64,000 nt of DNA from Octopus sinensis (GCF_006345805.1 NC_043004.1:21638001-21702000); one strand, 5' to 3'; positions 13,531 to 25,916 are shown, numbered from the stretch's first letter. Notes: generated by a model from the letters alone, not told the origin. Made by a program: numbers and translations.

Positions 13531-13860
13531 GTAGGCACAGGGCCTAGTGTTTAAGTTGTCTTGCTTGTGATCATAAGGTCGCGGATTCGATTCCTTTACT
13601 GAACGGTGCGTTGTGTCCTTAAGCATGGCAATATATTTCACATTGCCCTATTCCAAACTACTGAAACGAGTACCGTCCGAATACTAGTGTTTCTGCCTCT
13701 CCCTTCGGCAGGCACATATTGGATGTTCCATAGAATAAATTTGCAAGAGCCGACGCTAAGTCTGCTCTCGACAACATTGACACCTAAAGCAATTCATGTA
13801 GTCATGGTAGCTGCTTTCAAGTCATTACTAAAACTGAGTATCACCCGTTGTATAAGATTC
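13531..13860 (+). mobile_element. Old tRNA-headed SINE
   Basis: GGCCTAGTGTTTAAG A-box-like and GGATTCGATTCC B-box, followed by a GTTGTGTCCTTAAGCA core-like motif. Confidence 0.5.
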
Positions 13861-14764
13861 TGAAGCGGTAACAGAACTAAAAACATGACTAACTGACCAT
13901 AATTTGTAACAACAAAATCATTGGTAAGTACATTGAGAACGGCACTAATGGGGGAATCAATCAGATTGAGTAGATAATGGGATAAATGTCATTGAACCCT
14001 GTAGGATGGTTTGAGTGTGAAGAACATTGGAGATACATAGAAGTGGAGACAAACAATTTAGAACACTGAAGAACAGTTGCCTGACGCACCATATGCGCAC
14101 GAAGGTATGTGTAATTAACTAATTAATCTTGATGGGGAGTAATGATCCACAACTGACGTTAAATAGTTGCAGAAACGCAAGTGTTAATGCTGTAAAGTGT
14201 ACAGTGAAAGACGCCCCTGTTTAACTTTATTTCTGGCCATTTTTCATCCAATGTTTTTATTTTTATTCCAATGTTTGCTAAGCATCGGCTTTACCTTTTT
14301 GGATACAAGGATGAAACAATCGTATTGATTTAATTATATAGTCACCTCTACAAATATTGTATCTAATATAGAAGCGTAACGTAAATTCCAATGACAGTAC
14401 AGGTGTCAATGTCATGTAATTAAACCAATGCCTTCAGAACCCAACCACTTCTTACCTGCTCACTCCAACCTTTCATTCAAATGTACCTTTCATACATCCA
14501 GCGGAGCTAAATGCATTTCTCTTCACGCTTGGCAAATCTTCAACATTTAATAGCTGTGCACCTCAGCTATGTAGTCTCTTACAATCCGCTTTTGCAGATA
14601 ACAGAGTCTCTACTCTACTTAATAGCTGAACTTTCCAGAAATAGCTGTCACATCTTCCTCAAATCACTTAAATATGTTAAAGATATATTAAAGAAGGAAA
14701 TCTCCATACTCATAAATGATGAGATGTTCATGTTTTGATTATATTTGATCGTTATTCTGCTTGA

Positions 14765-14935
14765 TCAAATTTGACCTCGGTCTGTATTTCGCACAAGGTA
14801 GATAACATAGACAGCGTCACCAACGTAGACAACACTCCTCTGGATATTCCTTGACAATGCGTGAAAGGAAGGAATTACTCGATGAGAGAAATAACAACCA
14901 ACTTTCTTGAAATTATATCTGCCGCTCTGAAAAAT
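14765..14935 (-). mobile_element. CR1/L2-type LINE 3' remnant
   Basis: Translation RYNFKKVGCYFSHRVIPSFHAL resembles the CR1/L2 terminal motif R.FFS.RV..WN.LP. Confidence 0.35.
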
Positions 14936-15438
14936 TAAAATGCACATTTGTAATTGTAGTTCTAGTTACAAAGAAAGATAGGATTTCACTACTTTTGATC
15001 AAAATTTTGCTCAATCAAGACTAAGAAAAACAACGACGTCAACATCGATATAACCAATATGATCAGCGATAGCAGCAGCTTTCTGAACGTCTCCATCACA
15101 ATTCTTTTAGTAATTCAATGAAGCCACCCCTATTTCTGAGGGCCTTTAGTCATGGCTATTGCTTTCCTACACGTTTAAAATCCTGGTTTTCTTATCTGGC
15201 ATCAAGATGTAGTACTAAATCTTTAGTATATCCAAACAGAGCATATTCGGTTGGCGGCGATTGTGATAGAGAAAGCACTCGAAAAGTCATTTAAAATTAT
15301 TCACGAAGCAAATTACATTGAATTAAATAATTAAATCAAAAACTCAGCTTACCAGCAGATATTTAAAGTTTGTCTAGCCTTATCATTGCATAACTCATAC
15401 CCAACGGAAAATCATTAGGATAATCAAACAAACGAAAG

Positions 15439-16309
15439 AGTCTAGGATCTTTTCCCTTTGATGGCAGATCGAGAAATTAATTTTTTGTAACTAAACCCTT
15501 TCAAACTTCGGACACTGGTAGAATGTGTCATATAAAACATCTTTTACTCTTAGTGTTGTTGAGAAAAGTTTATATTTTCAAAGTTATTTCGTGCTAAAAT
15601 AGTCGTATTTCGGTAATTTCAACCAATCAATGACGTGTATTCAGCTGAATGAAATCACAGTTGTTGTTTGTCAACAACTATCGGCGGTGTATATTTCGTT
15701 TGTCACTGTTATTTATGACATCGTTCGTGCGTTTGTACTGGTTTTAGAGTTAAGGTTAGGATTAGGGTTTTAGGGTTAGGGTTAAAGTTTTAGGGATACG
15801 GATTAGGGTTGGGGTTTTAGGGTTAGGTTTGGGATTTTAGGGTTAGAGTTACAGAAAAAGGTGAAAATGAAGGAATTGGAGGGGGAAGGGTAAGGGGCAA
15901 AACGTTTTTCCGAAAATAGTAGCTAAAAAACAGGAAAAAAACTAAAAGCAGTAGAAATGCACGAACGATTGTGGTGGGCCATGAAGTAAACATGCTTTAG
16001 ATATACTCGTTTATTCATACAAACGTAACTGAGATGAAACATGTCATAAATAACAGTTACAAACGAAATATACACCACCGGAAGTTGTTTCTGACAAACA
16101 ACAGTAGTAATTTTATTCAGCTGAATATACGTCATTGATTGGTTGAAATTACCGAAATACGACAACTTTAACACGAAATAACTTTGAAAATACAAACTTT
16201 TCTCAACATCACAATATGACAGATTCTACCAGTGTCCGAAGTTTGAAAGTGCTTAGTAACAAAATTTAATTTCTCGATCTGCCGTTCAAAGGGTAAAGAT
16301 CTAGAGACT
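15439..16309. mobile_element. Long-TIR fold-back element with internal telomere-like repeats
   Basis: Left arm 15439-15748 matches the reverse complement of 15940-15966 plus 16036-16309 (e.g. gtcgtatttcggtaatttcaaccaatcaatgacgt / acgtcattgattggttgaaattaccgaaatacgac). Confidence 0.9.
15745..15850 (+). repeat. Degenerate (TTAGGG)n telomere-like tract
   Basis: Several TTAGGG/TTTTAGGG/TTAGGT units on the + strand. Confidence 0.85.
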
Positions 16310-18971
16310 ATATGAATCAGCTAATGAAAATTGTTTATCTTGAAATACAAAAATATATAATTTTTTTTATTCGAAGTACCGATTTACATTTTTCCGAACA
16401 ATAGTTATTTGTTTTGATTCATATTAATTGCAAACTATTAACATACAACAAACTAATATTTCTTAAATGGAACACCGCTTAGTTTAGAAAGTAAAAATCA
16501 TTGACTGAGCGTCCAGAAAACACAGTTATTCATAATTTTGTTATACATTTATTTACAGAAACACTTTGATATCTAATTTCTAAAACTTCCATGCGCAATG
16601 TGTCAATAATATTTGATCTGATACTGTGCGTGATAAGACCAACATTTTTATTCTCAGTACAGTAGAAAATACAAACATATTTAGTTGAAGTATTTTCACA
16701 TATTATTGGGCATGCTAATATAAATTATTGATTGAATTATTTATGAATTCAGATTGCATATTTTATAAATCTGAGATATCCTCCTGGACGTCAACTGAAT
16801 AAATAGAAGATGACAGTGGATATTAACTCATTCCTTTACTTACAATAATGTATTCAGAGTAAGCTGATTTGCCTAAAGGTATTTACAGTATATTAGTCGT
16901 TCAATCAGTACTATAGATATTACAAACTGCAACGTTCGGATACAATAAAATTTTAGTATTAGCGGCCACTTTCTTTTCTACAAAAGCTGCGGTTGATTAT
17001 ATTTAGTATTGGTCACTACACTACCTTTCAACTGCTAGAATAATAGAAAATGTTACAGTTTTCACTCTTCATAGCTTAATTAGAGCCACAAGTTAGCGTT
17101 ATGTTGGACATCTTAGCCAAATAAATGCATCATAATTACACTAAAGGGACCCAATTGTTTGGGTTACTTGTAATGTTAATAGGCGCAATGGGTTAAATCT
17201 GCAAGAACAGAGGAGCTATCATTTCGTTCCAATCTAAAAGTGGCGCACACATAGATTTGGTTGACTTGAGGTAATGCTAAAAAACACTTGCTCAAGTTAC
17301 CATGGAATGAGATCGGACTTTAAAATTACATTGTTGCAAAGCGAAAATTTTATCCACACGGACACAGAAACGTACGTTCCTGCCAACATCGCGAGTGTAC
17401 TGCAACTCCCTTTATACCAACCTTTGCTCGCGATGCTCTGTTCAAAGATAAAGACAATCACACTGTGTAGTATAGTTTTAAAATATTTTTTTATATTTCT
17501 TCACAAAATGCTCTTAGTTCTTCCAAACAGAAATATAGGTATATAACTCCATTGATAAGTATGAGATGTTTAAATTTATGAAAATCGAAAATTTGTAAGA
17601 CCCCCAACTCCTGCTGTAAAGAAATAAAATACACATAAACCACATGTTATGCTAATTGGTTATCTGAATCGACGTTAGCAGTATGAAATAAGATCAGCAC
17701 TATTTAGAGCAGCAAAGTGCATTTTCCCATGATACATATAATTAGCTTTGCAAAGTGGTTCTTCGAAATGGAAGTGTCTTGTCATGGACAGAATTCAAAA
17801 GTAAGACATTATATAAACGTTATCCACTGGGTTCTAAGTTAAATATATTTCTCAGTAGGCTGGATAAATGACTTCAGAAACTTACATTCGATATAATGGT
17901 AGCTTGCATGAAAGACAAAGTAGTAATAAGCTGTATTTAATAACTGCTTCCTAATCAATACCGAAATCCCCAGAACAATCAGCACTATCACTGCCGCCGT
18001 CAACACCACCACCACAATCATGATCATAAATGTTGTCGCCATCATGATTATGATCATCATGATAATCATCACCCTGTTTTTGTTGGCGCCGTCATCATAA
18101 TCTTCATCATCATTCTCCTCATCAATATTATCATATGTCCTTGCTTCCTTGGTTTGCTATTGTGGACAACAAATTACCGTTCGTATTCAAACTATGTTAA
18201 GTCGTTTTATTAGTTAACACCGGTGGAGTATGAGTAATATAGCTATAATTGATGATTGTTCTGGTAGCGATATGTAATTTCAGTGGACGATTAATGGTGT
18301 GCTGTTGAATACATGTAACTACACATACATATAGACATACATATTCATAAAAACATTGAGTGATTGTGCGCACAGATGTTTATGTATCCAGCGTCTTTAT
18401 AGGTCCCATGAGATTATGTGTCGGCACCAGGAAAGTTCGTCTTTATGGAGTGCTTAACTGTTGATCACGCATGCGACTCTTACGCTAATATTGTTGAATA
18501 GAAAGACAAAGTGCGTTATAGCTTGGCAGCAGTATCGTTGCGATTTTTGGTATCAGAATTCAAAGAGCGAAATCGAGATGGCAAGCCATTCTTATCCAAC
18601 ACTTTGCCAATACACAGTTCTATTATTTTTTTATTGACACCGAAAGGATAAAAGAAAGCAAAGTTGACCTTGGAATGATGTAAACTCAGAGCGCATACAG
18701 CCGGAGTCTAACAGCACAATTACGTCCATCACCGCTTGTATTCAAGCCTCATTTGAATGATGCCACGGGCAGTTTCACGGATTATATAAACGTGCTTGTG
18801 TGTGTCTGTATATACACACACATATGCATGCATACCTCCAACCACACACGTATATCTACACACACATGTATATATATAAATATGTATGTACGTAAAATAT
18901 AGGGTGGCGAGAGTTTGTTTTAGAAATTTCACTACCAGTGGCCTAGCATGTATAAAAAGTCAATAGACAAC

Positions 18972-19566
18972 ATATTCTCAATATAAAATATTGTACATTT
19001 AGACACAAGAGAAAACTGCCTTCAACTGGCAGCTTTACACGCTAGAAAAAGTAGTCAAAACGACCAAAACCACATTTAAGAGCAATTTTGAAATGAATGA
19101 TAAACTTTTACCTTGTTATTTTATTACGGTCATACCTAGGTTTCAATTTTTTTTAACAAATAAAATAATTTGCTAGGCAAAATTCTCATTGGTGACCGCG
19201 CCATAGCACTAACGTATAATTAAGAGACAAATAACGCGAGTTTCATCGTTATACATTATAACTTATCAAATTACTGTGCAAGCGATGAGACTCGTGTTAT
19301 TTGTCTCTTAATATGTTAGTGTTATGGCACGGTCAGTGATGAGAATTTCGCCTAGCAAATGAATTTATTTACTAAAAATAAATTGAAACCTAGGTATGAT
19401 CGTAATAAAATAACAAGGTAAAGGTTTTTTTTTTTATTTTCATTCCTTTCAAAATTGCTCTTAAAAACGGTTTTGGTCCTTTTGACTACTTCTTCTAGCG
19501 TGTATAGCTACCTTTTGAGGCAGTTTCTCTTGTGCTTAAATGTACACTATTTTATATTGAGAATAT
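18972..19566. mobile_element. Fold-back MITE-like element (~270-bp inverted arms, short spacer)
   Basis: atattctcaatataaaata-tgtacattt... at the left end is mirrored by ...aaatgtacactattttatattgagaatat at the right. The arms align throughout. A half copy lies at 50791-51092. Confidence 0.9.
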
Positions 19567-19612
<46 letters not shown>

Positions 19613-19619
19613 TATATAT

Positions 19620-19850
19620 TCTTTCAACATGTGATCTCTAAGCACCACCAGCTCAAATATTGTCTCCTCTGTCTTCCCTCCTCGGGATCTTTCCTTCTCC
19701 TTGTTTCCGACGAAGAGCTCCGCTCGAAACGTTAAACCCTCCTTCCCTTCTTTCCTGAGCGTCAATAATACTTTAATTGTTCCACGTCCTGCGTTGCTGT
19801 GTTTTTTTCTCTCTTTTTTTCTCTTTTTTTCTGTGTTTTCTTGTTTGGAT

Positions 19851-19855
<5 letters not shown>
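19620..19855 (+). mobile_element. Penelope-like element terminal (pLTR-type) fragment
   Basis: Sits between TA tracts, is pyrimidine-rich, and contains a minimal hammerhead motif of the kind known from Penelope-like elements. Confidence 0.6.
19703..19737 (+). ncRNA. Minimal type I hammerhead ribozyme (palindromic helix III)
   Basis: gttt-CCGACGA-a-gagc(tcc)gctc-GAAA-CG-T-T-aaac: 4-bp stem I, 4-bp stem II, ACGT palindrome as helix III, GUU triplet. Confidence 0.7.
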
Positions 19856-19896
<41 letters not shown>

Positions 19897-20666
19897 ATAT
19901 TCTCAATATATATATATAGTGTGAATATGTGCGTGCGTGTGGGTGTCAATAATATATTTCCTTCTAACGTAAAATTAAGTGATTACTGTGTAGAAAATCG
20001 TTGCATTACTTAATTGTATGATTAATATTTATTTTTCGAAGTTGTGAAGAAACATTAATTATGACTTTAATTCTTCTGCTTTCATCAAGTGAAGGAAATG
20101 CTAAGCCATAGTTCCCTCATAAATTTGACTTTTCTTTATCAGAAAATGAGATATCTTTACGGAGATCAAAAGGAAAAACAAGTTTTAGTCTTTCTTCATA
20201 ATATAACTTAAATAATTCTGTATATTTCTAGCTTGTAATAAATAAATAAATTAATTAATTAATATAAAATTCTATAATAATAATTCTTTATTGTTGATAT
20301 TTATCCCAGTCTTACGGATTTTTATAGGTACTGGTAGGTGCTTACCACATTAAAGTTGCTGAAATAACTTATTTTGTTTACAGTAACTATATCCTATTTA
20401 AGACTAGTGATGTGATTGTTATATGTTGAAATATTTAATTCTTCAGCTAGACATATCGTCTGCTACTAACAACACAGCCAATACACACACACATACACAC
20501 GTAAATATTTTCCGTTTATGTATTTATGTGTGTGTGTGTGTGTGTGTGTATGTATATATATATATATATTATATATATATATACAAACTTATACATATAT
20601 ATATAAATATATATATAAATAAATGAAAGAATGGAGTCGAACGAAGATGTTAACAAAATTCCTTTA

Positions 20667-20748
20667 CTCTCGACATATGTTTCGAAGACAACATGGTTTT
20701 ATTCCAAAGGAATAAAGGGTGCATTATGCAATCTTATCATCAGGAAAG
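20667..20748 (-). ncRNA. Type I hammerhead motif with branched stem II
   Basis: ctttc-CTGATGA-t-aagat...gtctt-c-GAAA-CATATG-T-C-gagag: 5-bp stem I, ACATATGT palindrome, GUC triplet. Loop II holds two hairpins; the 10.1-11.1 pair is T/C. Confidence 0.65.
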
Positions 20749-20846
20749 AAAGGGAGCCTCTCTCGACAAGACAAACAAACATTTCGATGGCTGCCTACAT
20801 GGTAAAATAAATGATAAACATAGGATAATTCATTCACCTATATATA

Positions 20847-20884
<38 letters not shown>

Positions 20885-21629
20885 AAGGTTTGGAGATGGT
20901 GCACAGGTATTTTATATTAGAAGAAAAGAGGTACTCAGAAATTCGGATGGTTTTATATTTACAGATATTTATTTGTATATTACATGTTTATATACATCAT
21001 ATAACTTAGATTATGTATTAGCGCTTTCTCCCATTCTAGTGGGGTTTTCAAATCGAACTAAGTTCCTGCGTGAAAAGTTTTGACCATTTTATAGTGTTAT
21101 TGAGTTTGTAGTAGTGGGGAGGAATATAAGACAGTACAAGAAGATGATGGATGAGGAGAGAGTGAGAGAGAGAGAGAGAGAGCATGTGTGTGTGCGTGTG
21201 CTTTTGTATTTAGAACGAGTGCTAAAGAAAAAGAGGGGAAGGGAGAGGGAAGAAGAAGAAAAGAATGTTTTTGCTCTGCTGGACAGCATGCTTACTCCAA
21301 TGGGGGTCTAAGATCTTAGGGAAAAAGAATTTCAGTTTTGACCATTTCATAGTGTTATTGAGTGTGTGGTGGCGGGGAGGTAGACCATAATTTATATTTC
21401 CTTTTTATCTTTGTGAAAGAGTGTGTGTGTATGTGTTTAATGAGGGATGGTCAAATGGTTTTTGAATTTAGAGAAGGAGAATTATTTTTATTATTGTTTT
21501 GTGGAGGTGTGTGTGTGTGGGTGTCTGTGAGTTTGGAGAAGGGAAGAAAAGAGAAGAATAGAAAGGAGAAGAGAAGAAAAATAAGGAAGGGGAAATAATT
21601 GTGTTGATATTTATACCACTATATATATA

Positions 21630-22041
21630 GGCGCAGGAGTGGCTGTGTGGTAAGTAGCTTGCTTACCAACCACATGGTTCCGGGTTCAGTCCCACTGCGT
21701 GGCATCTTGGGCAAGTGTCTTCTGCTATAGCCTCGGGCCGACCAATGCCTTGTGAGTGGATTTGGTAGACGGAAACTGAAAGAAGTCTGTCGTATATATG
21801 TATATATATATGTGTGTGTGTATATGTTAATGCGTCTATGTTTGTCCCCTAGCATTGCTTGACAACCGATGCCGATGTGTTTACGTCTCCGTCACTTAGC
21901 GGTTCGGCAAAAGGAACCGATAGAATAAGTACTAGGCTTACAAAGAATAAGTCCCGGGGTAGATTTACTCGACTAAAGGCGATGCTCCAGCATGGCCACA
22001 GTCAAATGACTGAAACAAGTAAAAGAAAAAAAGAAAAAAGA
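21630..22041 (+). mobile_element. tRNA-derived SINE, ~410-bp family (full length)
   Basis: Near-identical to 4475-4894 over head and tail; internal microsatellite; A-rich tail. Confidence 0.9.
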
Positions 22042-22116
22042 ATATACTAAATGCTCCACTATGTTAAATTGTAACTTGAAAGATTTGTCCTTCAATGTAT
22101 GATGAGTAAAATTTCA

Positions 22117-22496
22117 TAAAGTCCATACTTGAAAAAGAAACTCTCTTGTGTTGAAGTTACAAATGACAGAATACAAACTGACAACTACTGAGTCTGTTGT
22201 CTGATCTTCAATTGATTTAGTCTAATATCTCACTGATTGACAAATAAATATTAAGTTTTATCATACAGGAGCAACTGGTTCCACAAATTAAAGTGAAATG
22301 GTTTCATTCAAATATTAGAATATCCTTTGTTCAATGTTGTATTTTCAAAAAACATATGTGTAGGACTCTGTGTGTGTGTTTAATAAAGTCCATACTTGAA
22401 AAAGAGATTTTCTTGTGTTGAACTTACAAATGATAGAATACAAACTGACAACTACTGAGTCTGTTGTCTGATCTTCAATTGATTTAGTCTAATATA
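22117..22496. repeat. Local direct duplication (~113 bp at 22117-22229 and 22384-22496)
   Basis: taaagtccatacttgaaaaag...gatttagtctaatat is repeated at an offset of 267 bp. Confidence 0.9.
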
Positions 22497-22500
22497 TTAT

Positions 22501-22573
<73 letters not shown>

Positions 22574-23599
22574 AGAAAAAATATTTAGATGAATAATTAC
22601 GTGATGGTGGTTATCAGTTATCATAAGTAATGTAATGAGTCGCTACATTGTTGCAAAGCGTAAGTTTTAAGCACATGGATACGCAAACAAACGTTCCGGC
22701 ATTGAGTAGACTTGGCAAGAGTATTGCAAGTCTTTTTCTACTAAAGTTTACTTGTGATACTTTGTTCAAATGTAAAGGCAAACACACTGTTTTGTATAGT
22801 TTTAAAATACCTTTCGATATTTTTTCATAAAATACTCCTAGTTCTAACAAACAGAACAATTACTAATAATTCTATTTAAGAATATGAAGGAAAAAAACCT
22901 TCAATATTTATACACAATGAAAATTGACTATCAACATGCAGTTGAGTGTGAATTTGATCCTTGGCAAGTGGGTGTTGTTGGTGGTGGAGTTGGCGGGGTT
23001 TAAGCAACAGTGATTAATATTTACTGCAGTTTTTATTTTACAAATGTTCACTACCTTACAAAAACTACATCATCTAAACTAATGACCTTTTCTAAATGCA
23101 GTAAAAGCACTATAACATAATCTGAACCCTGTTTGAGAAAATTATCTCCGTTCACTATGAGCATATAAAAGACAAATTTAGATGAGGCAAAACCATTAAG
23201 ACAAGACAAAGTAAATTTGTTTCCAGAATTACATTTGAAATAAAGATTCATACACTTTGATATCCATCCTTAGACATCAGAAGTATCAGAAGTACAATAA
23301 AAATTAAAAATATCTAGGTCAAATGAAAGAAGAGCATGGAAAAATGGCACATGATATGGAATGAACGAAACTCGACTAAATCTAAAAATTCAATATAATT
23401 CTCTGTAGCTTCTTCACATCTGCTGGATGGCCCTCTTCGTGATATATTCACGCACCATGCAGTTGAAGAGAAGATGTTATTGAAATTAGTCTGTACTCAT
23501 TTCGTCCCAGTTTAGAAATTTTTCTTTATAAATTTAAAATTATCAAATTAGACATTAGTGTGGGGGAAATAATCGACTAGGAATACAACAGAGGAAAAA

Positions 23600-23999
23600 T
23601 ATTCTTTACTACTCTAAGCACAAGACTCGAACTTTTGGGGGAGGTGGCCAGTCGATTAGTTCGTTTCCAGTAAGCAACTAGTACTTAATTCATCGATCTG
23701 AAAGGATGAAAGGAAAAGTCGACCTTGGTGGAATTTGAACTCAGAAGGTAAAGACAGAGGAAATACCCATTTCTTTACTACCCACAAGGGGCTAAACTCA
23801 GAGAGGACAAACAAGGGCAGACAAACGGATTAAGTCAATTATATCGACCCCAGTGCGTAACTGGTACTTAATTTATCGACCCTGAAAGGATGAAGGGCAA
23901 AGTCGACCTTGGCGGAATTTGAACTGAGAACGTAGCGGCAGAAGAAATACCGCTAAGCATTTCGCCCGGCGTGCTAACGTTTCTGCCAGGTCGCCGCCT
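23600..23999 (-). mobile_element. Dimer of the ~230-bp SINE (full copy 23767-23999 fused to a headless copy with a different tail)
   Basis: The reverse complement contains two successive gagttcaaattcc-gtcgact-catcctttc cores. The first copy's tail (aaagaaatgggta) runs into tttc of the second. Confidence 0.85.
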
Positions 24000-24197
24000 T
24001 TAGAGAGAAAAAATATTGACTGTTAAACTCTAAAAATTATCCAGACAGCAACGTCAATTACAACCGGATCAAGGTGGTCGAAAAAGTTTTTGTAAAACAA
24101 GTATTTATTACCTATGTTTCAAATTCTCTCTGATTCAACAACAACAATGCTACTAACTTTTACTCGTGAAAATGATGCAACAGTACATAACGATGGT

Positions 24198-24583
24198 GGA
24201 GGCGCAATGGCCCAGTGGTTAGGGCAGCAGACTCGCGGTCATAGGATCGCGGTTTCGATTCCCAGACCGGCCGTTGTGAGTGTTTATTGAGCGAAAACAC
24301 CTAAAGCTCCACGAGGCTCCGGCAGGGGATGGTGGTGATCCCTGCTGTACTCTTTCACCACAACTTTCTCTCACTCTTACTTCCTGTTTCTGTTGTACCT
24401 GTATTTCAAAGGGCCGGCCTTGTCACTCTCTGTGTCACGCTGAATATCCCCGAGAACTACGTTAAGGGTACACGTGTCTGTGGAGTGCTCAGCCACTTAC
24501 ACTTTAATTTCACGAGCAGGCTGTTCCGTTGATTCGGATCAACCGGAACCCTCATCGTCGTAACCGACGGAGTGCTTCCTTTA
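24198..24583 (+). mobile_element. tRNA-derived SINE, ~390-bp family, with 13-bp TSD
   Basis: A-box TGGCCCAGTGG and B-box GGTTTCGATTCC. A perfect ACATAACGATGGT duplication lies at 24185-24197 and 24584-24596. Confidence 0.9.
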
Positions 24584-24705
24584 ACATAACGATGGTACAA
24601 TACTTACAATGTAATGATTTCTAACAGGTGGGAAGAAAATAATGATAAATCGAGAATTACTCATTTACATAACATAAAAATAAATTTCACAGGTAGTGGG
24701 AGGCT

Positions 24706-24777
24706 AATTCGCTGGTATAAAGGTAACACACTTAGTCATGTTAACAAAAGGATGTGGGTTCGAATCCCACGAGGATA
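24706..24777 (+). pseudogene. tRNA-like relic (tRNA pseudogene or SINE head)
   Basis: Perfect T-arm gtggg-TTCGAAT-cccac, A-box-like TGGTATAAAGG and a near-paired D-stem. The anticodon and acceptor stems pair poorly. Confidence 0.4.
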
Positions 24778-24918
24778 GAAAAGCCTTCTTTTGTCTGTGA
24801 GGGCTTATATGCCCCGTTATTAGACTATTTTCTTTAGTCATTGCATGGTGATGGCCACAAGCTTTAAGCTTATGTAAAAATACCATTATTATTATTATTT
24901 ACAGGATTGTAAAGTATG

Positions 24919-24958
24919 TCATATATATATATATATATATATACACTCACCCCTCCAC

Positions 24959-24992
<34 letters not shown>

Positions 24993-25051
24993 CTATAACA
25001 AGATTTCGAAAGCATGCTTATCGCAAGCACAATATATAGTCTGTATGCTTG

Positions 25052-25082
<31 letters not shown>

Positions 25083-25435
25083 GTTTGTCTGTCTCTCTCT
25101 ACCCCTCTTTCTCTACATACATTCATACATACATATAGCCATTTATTTATTTATGTTTAAAGTTATCTATATTATATTTTTTGAATGCATGAATATTTGT
25201 AAAAAAATCATCGCTTCAAAGTCTTGGAGATCGATAAGAATGATAGTTTGCGCCATGCCTACCCCAAAAAGTCCCCCACCACCACCCCTTTAAACCTGCC
25301 TAAGTGTATAAATGCCAAAACTATTCTTGTCACCTAGCTTCCTGATGATTTCTTTTGAATGAAACAGTTCTAGTCCTGTAGAAGCTCCTTCTATAATATA
25401 TATATATATATATATATATACACTCACCCCTCCAC

Positions 25436-25469
<34 letters not shown>

Positions 25470-25528
25470 CTATAACAAGATTTCGAAAGCATGCTTATCG
25501 CAAGCACAATATATAGTCTGTATGCTTG

Positions 25529-25571
<43 letters not shown>

Positions 25572-25879
25572 GTTTGTCTGTCTCTCTCTACCCCTCTTTC
25601 TCTACATACATTCATACATACATATAGCCATTTATTTATTTATGTTTAAAGTTATCTATATTATATTTTTTGAATGCATGAATATTTGTAAAAAAATCAT
25701 CGCTTCAAAGTCTTGGAGATCGATAAGAATGATAGTTTGCGCCATGCCTACCCCAAAAAGTCCCCCACCACCACCCCTTTAAACCTGCCTAAGTGTATAA
25801 ATGCCAAAACTATTCTTGTCACCTAGCTTCCTGATGATTTCTTTTGAATGAAACAGTTCTAGTCCTGTAGAAGCTCCTT

Positions 25880-25890
<11 letters not shown>
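24919..25890. repeat. Near-identical tandem duplication of a ~477-bp unit
   Basis: agatttcgaaagcatg starts at 25001 and 25478. The two copies appear to differ only in microsatellite lengths. Confidence 0.95.

Positions 25891-25916
<26 letters not shown>

Noticed and set aside
25335-25380. CTGATGA...GAAACAGTT hammerhead-like string (also at ~25828)
   Set aside because: The 10.1-11.1 pair is T/T and stem I does not close next to the core.
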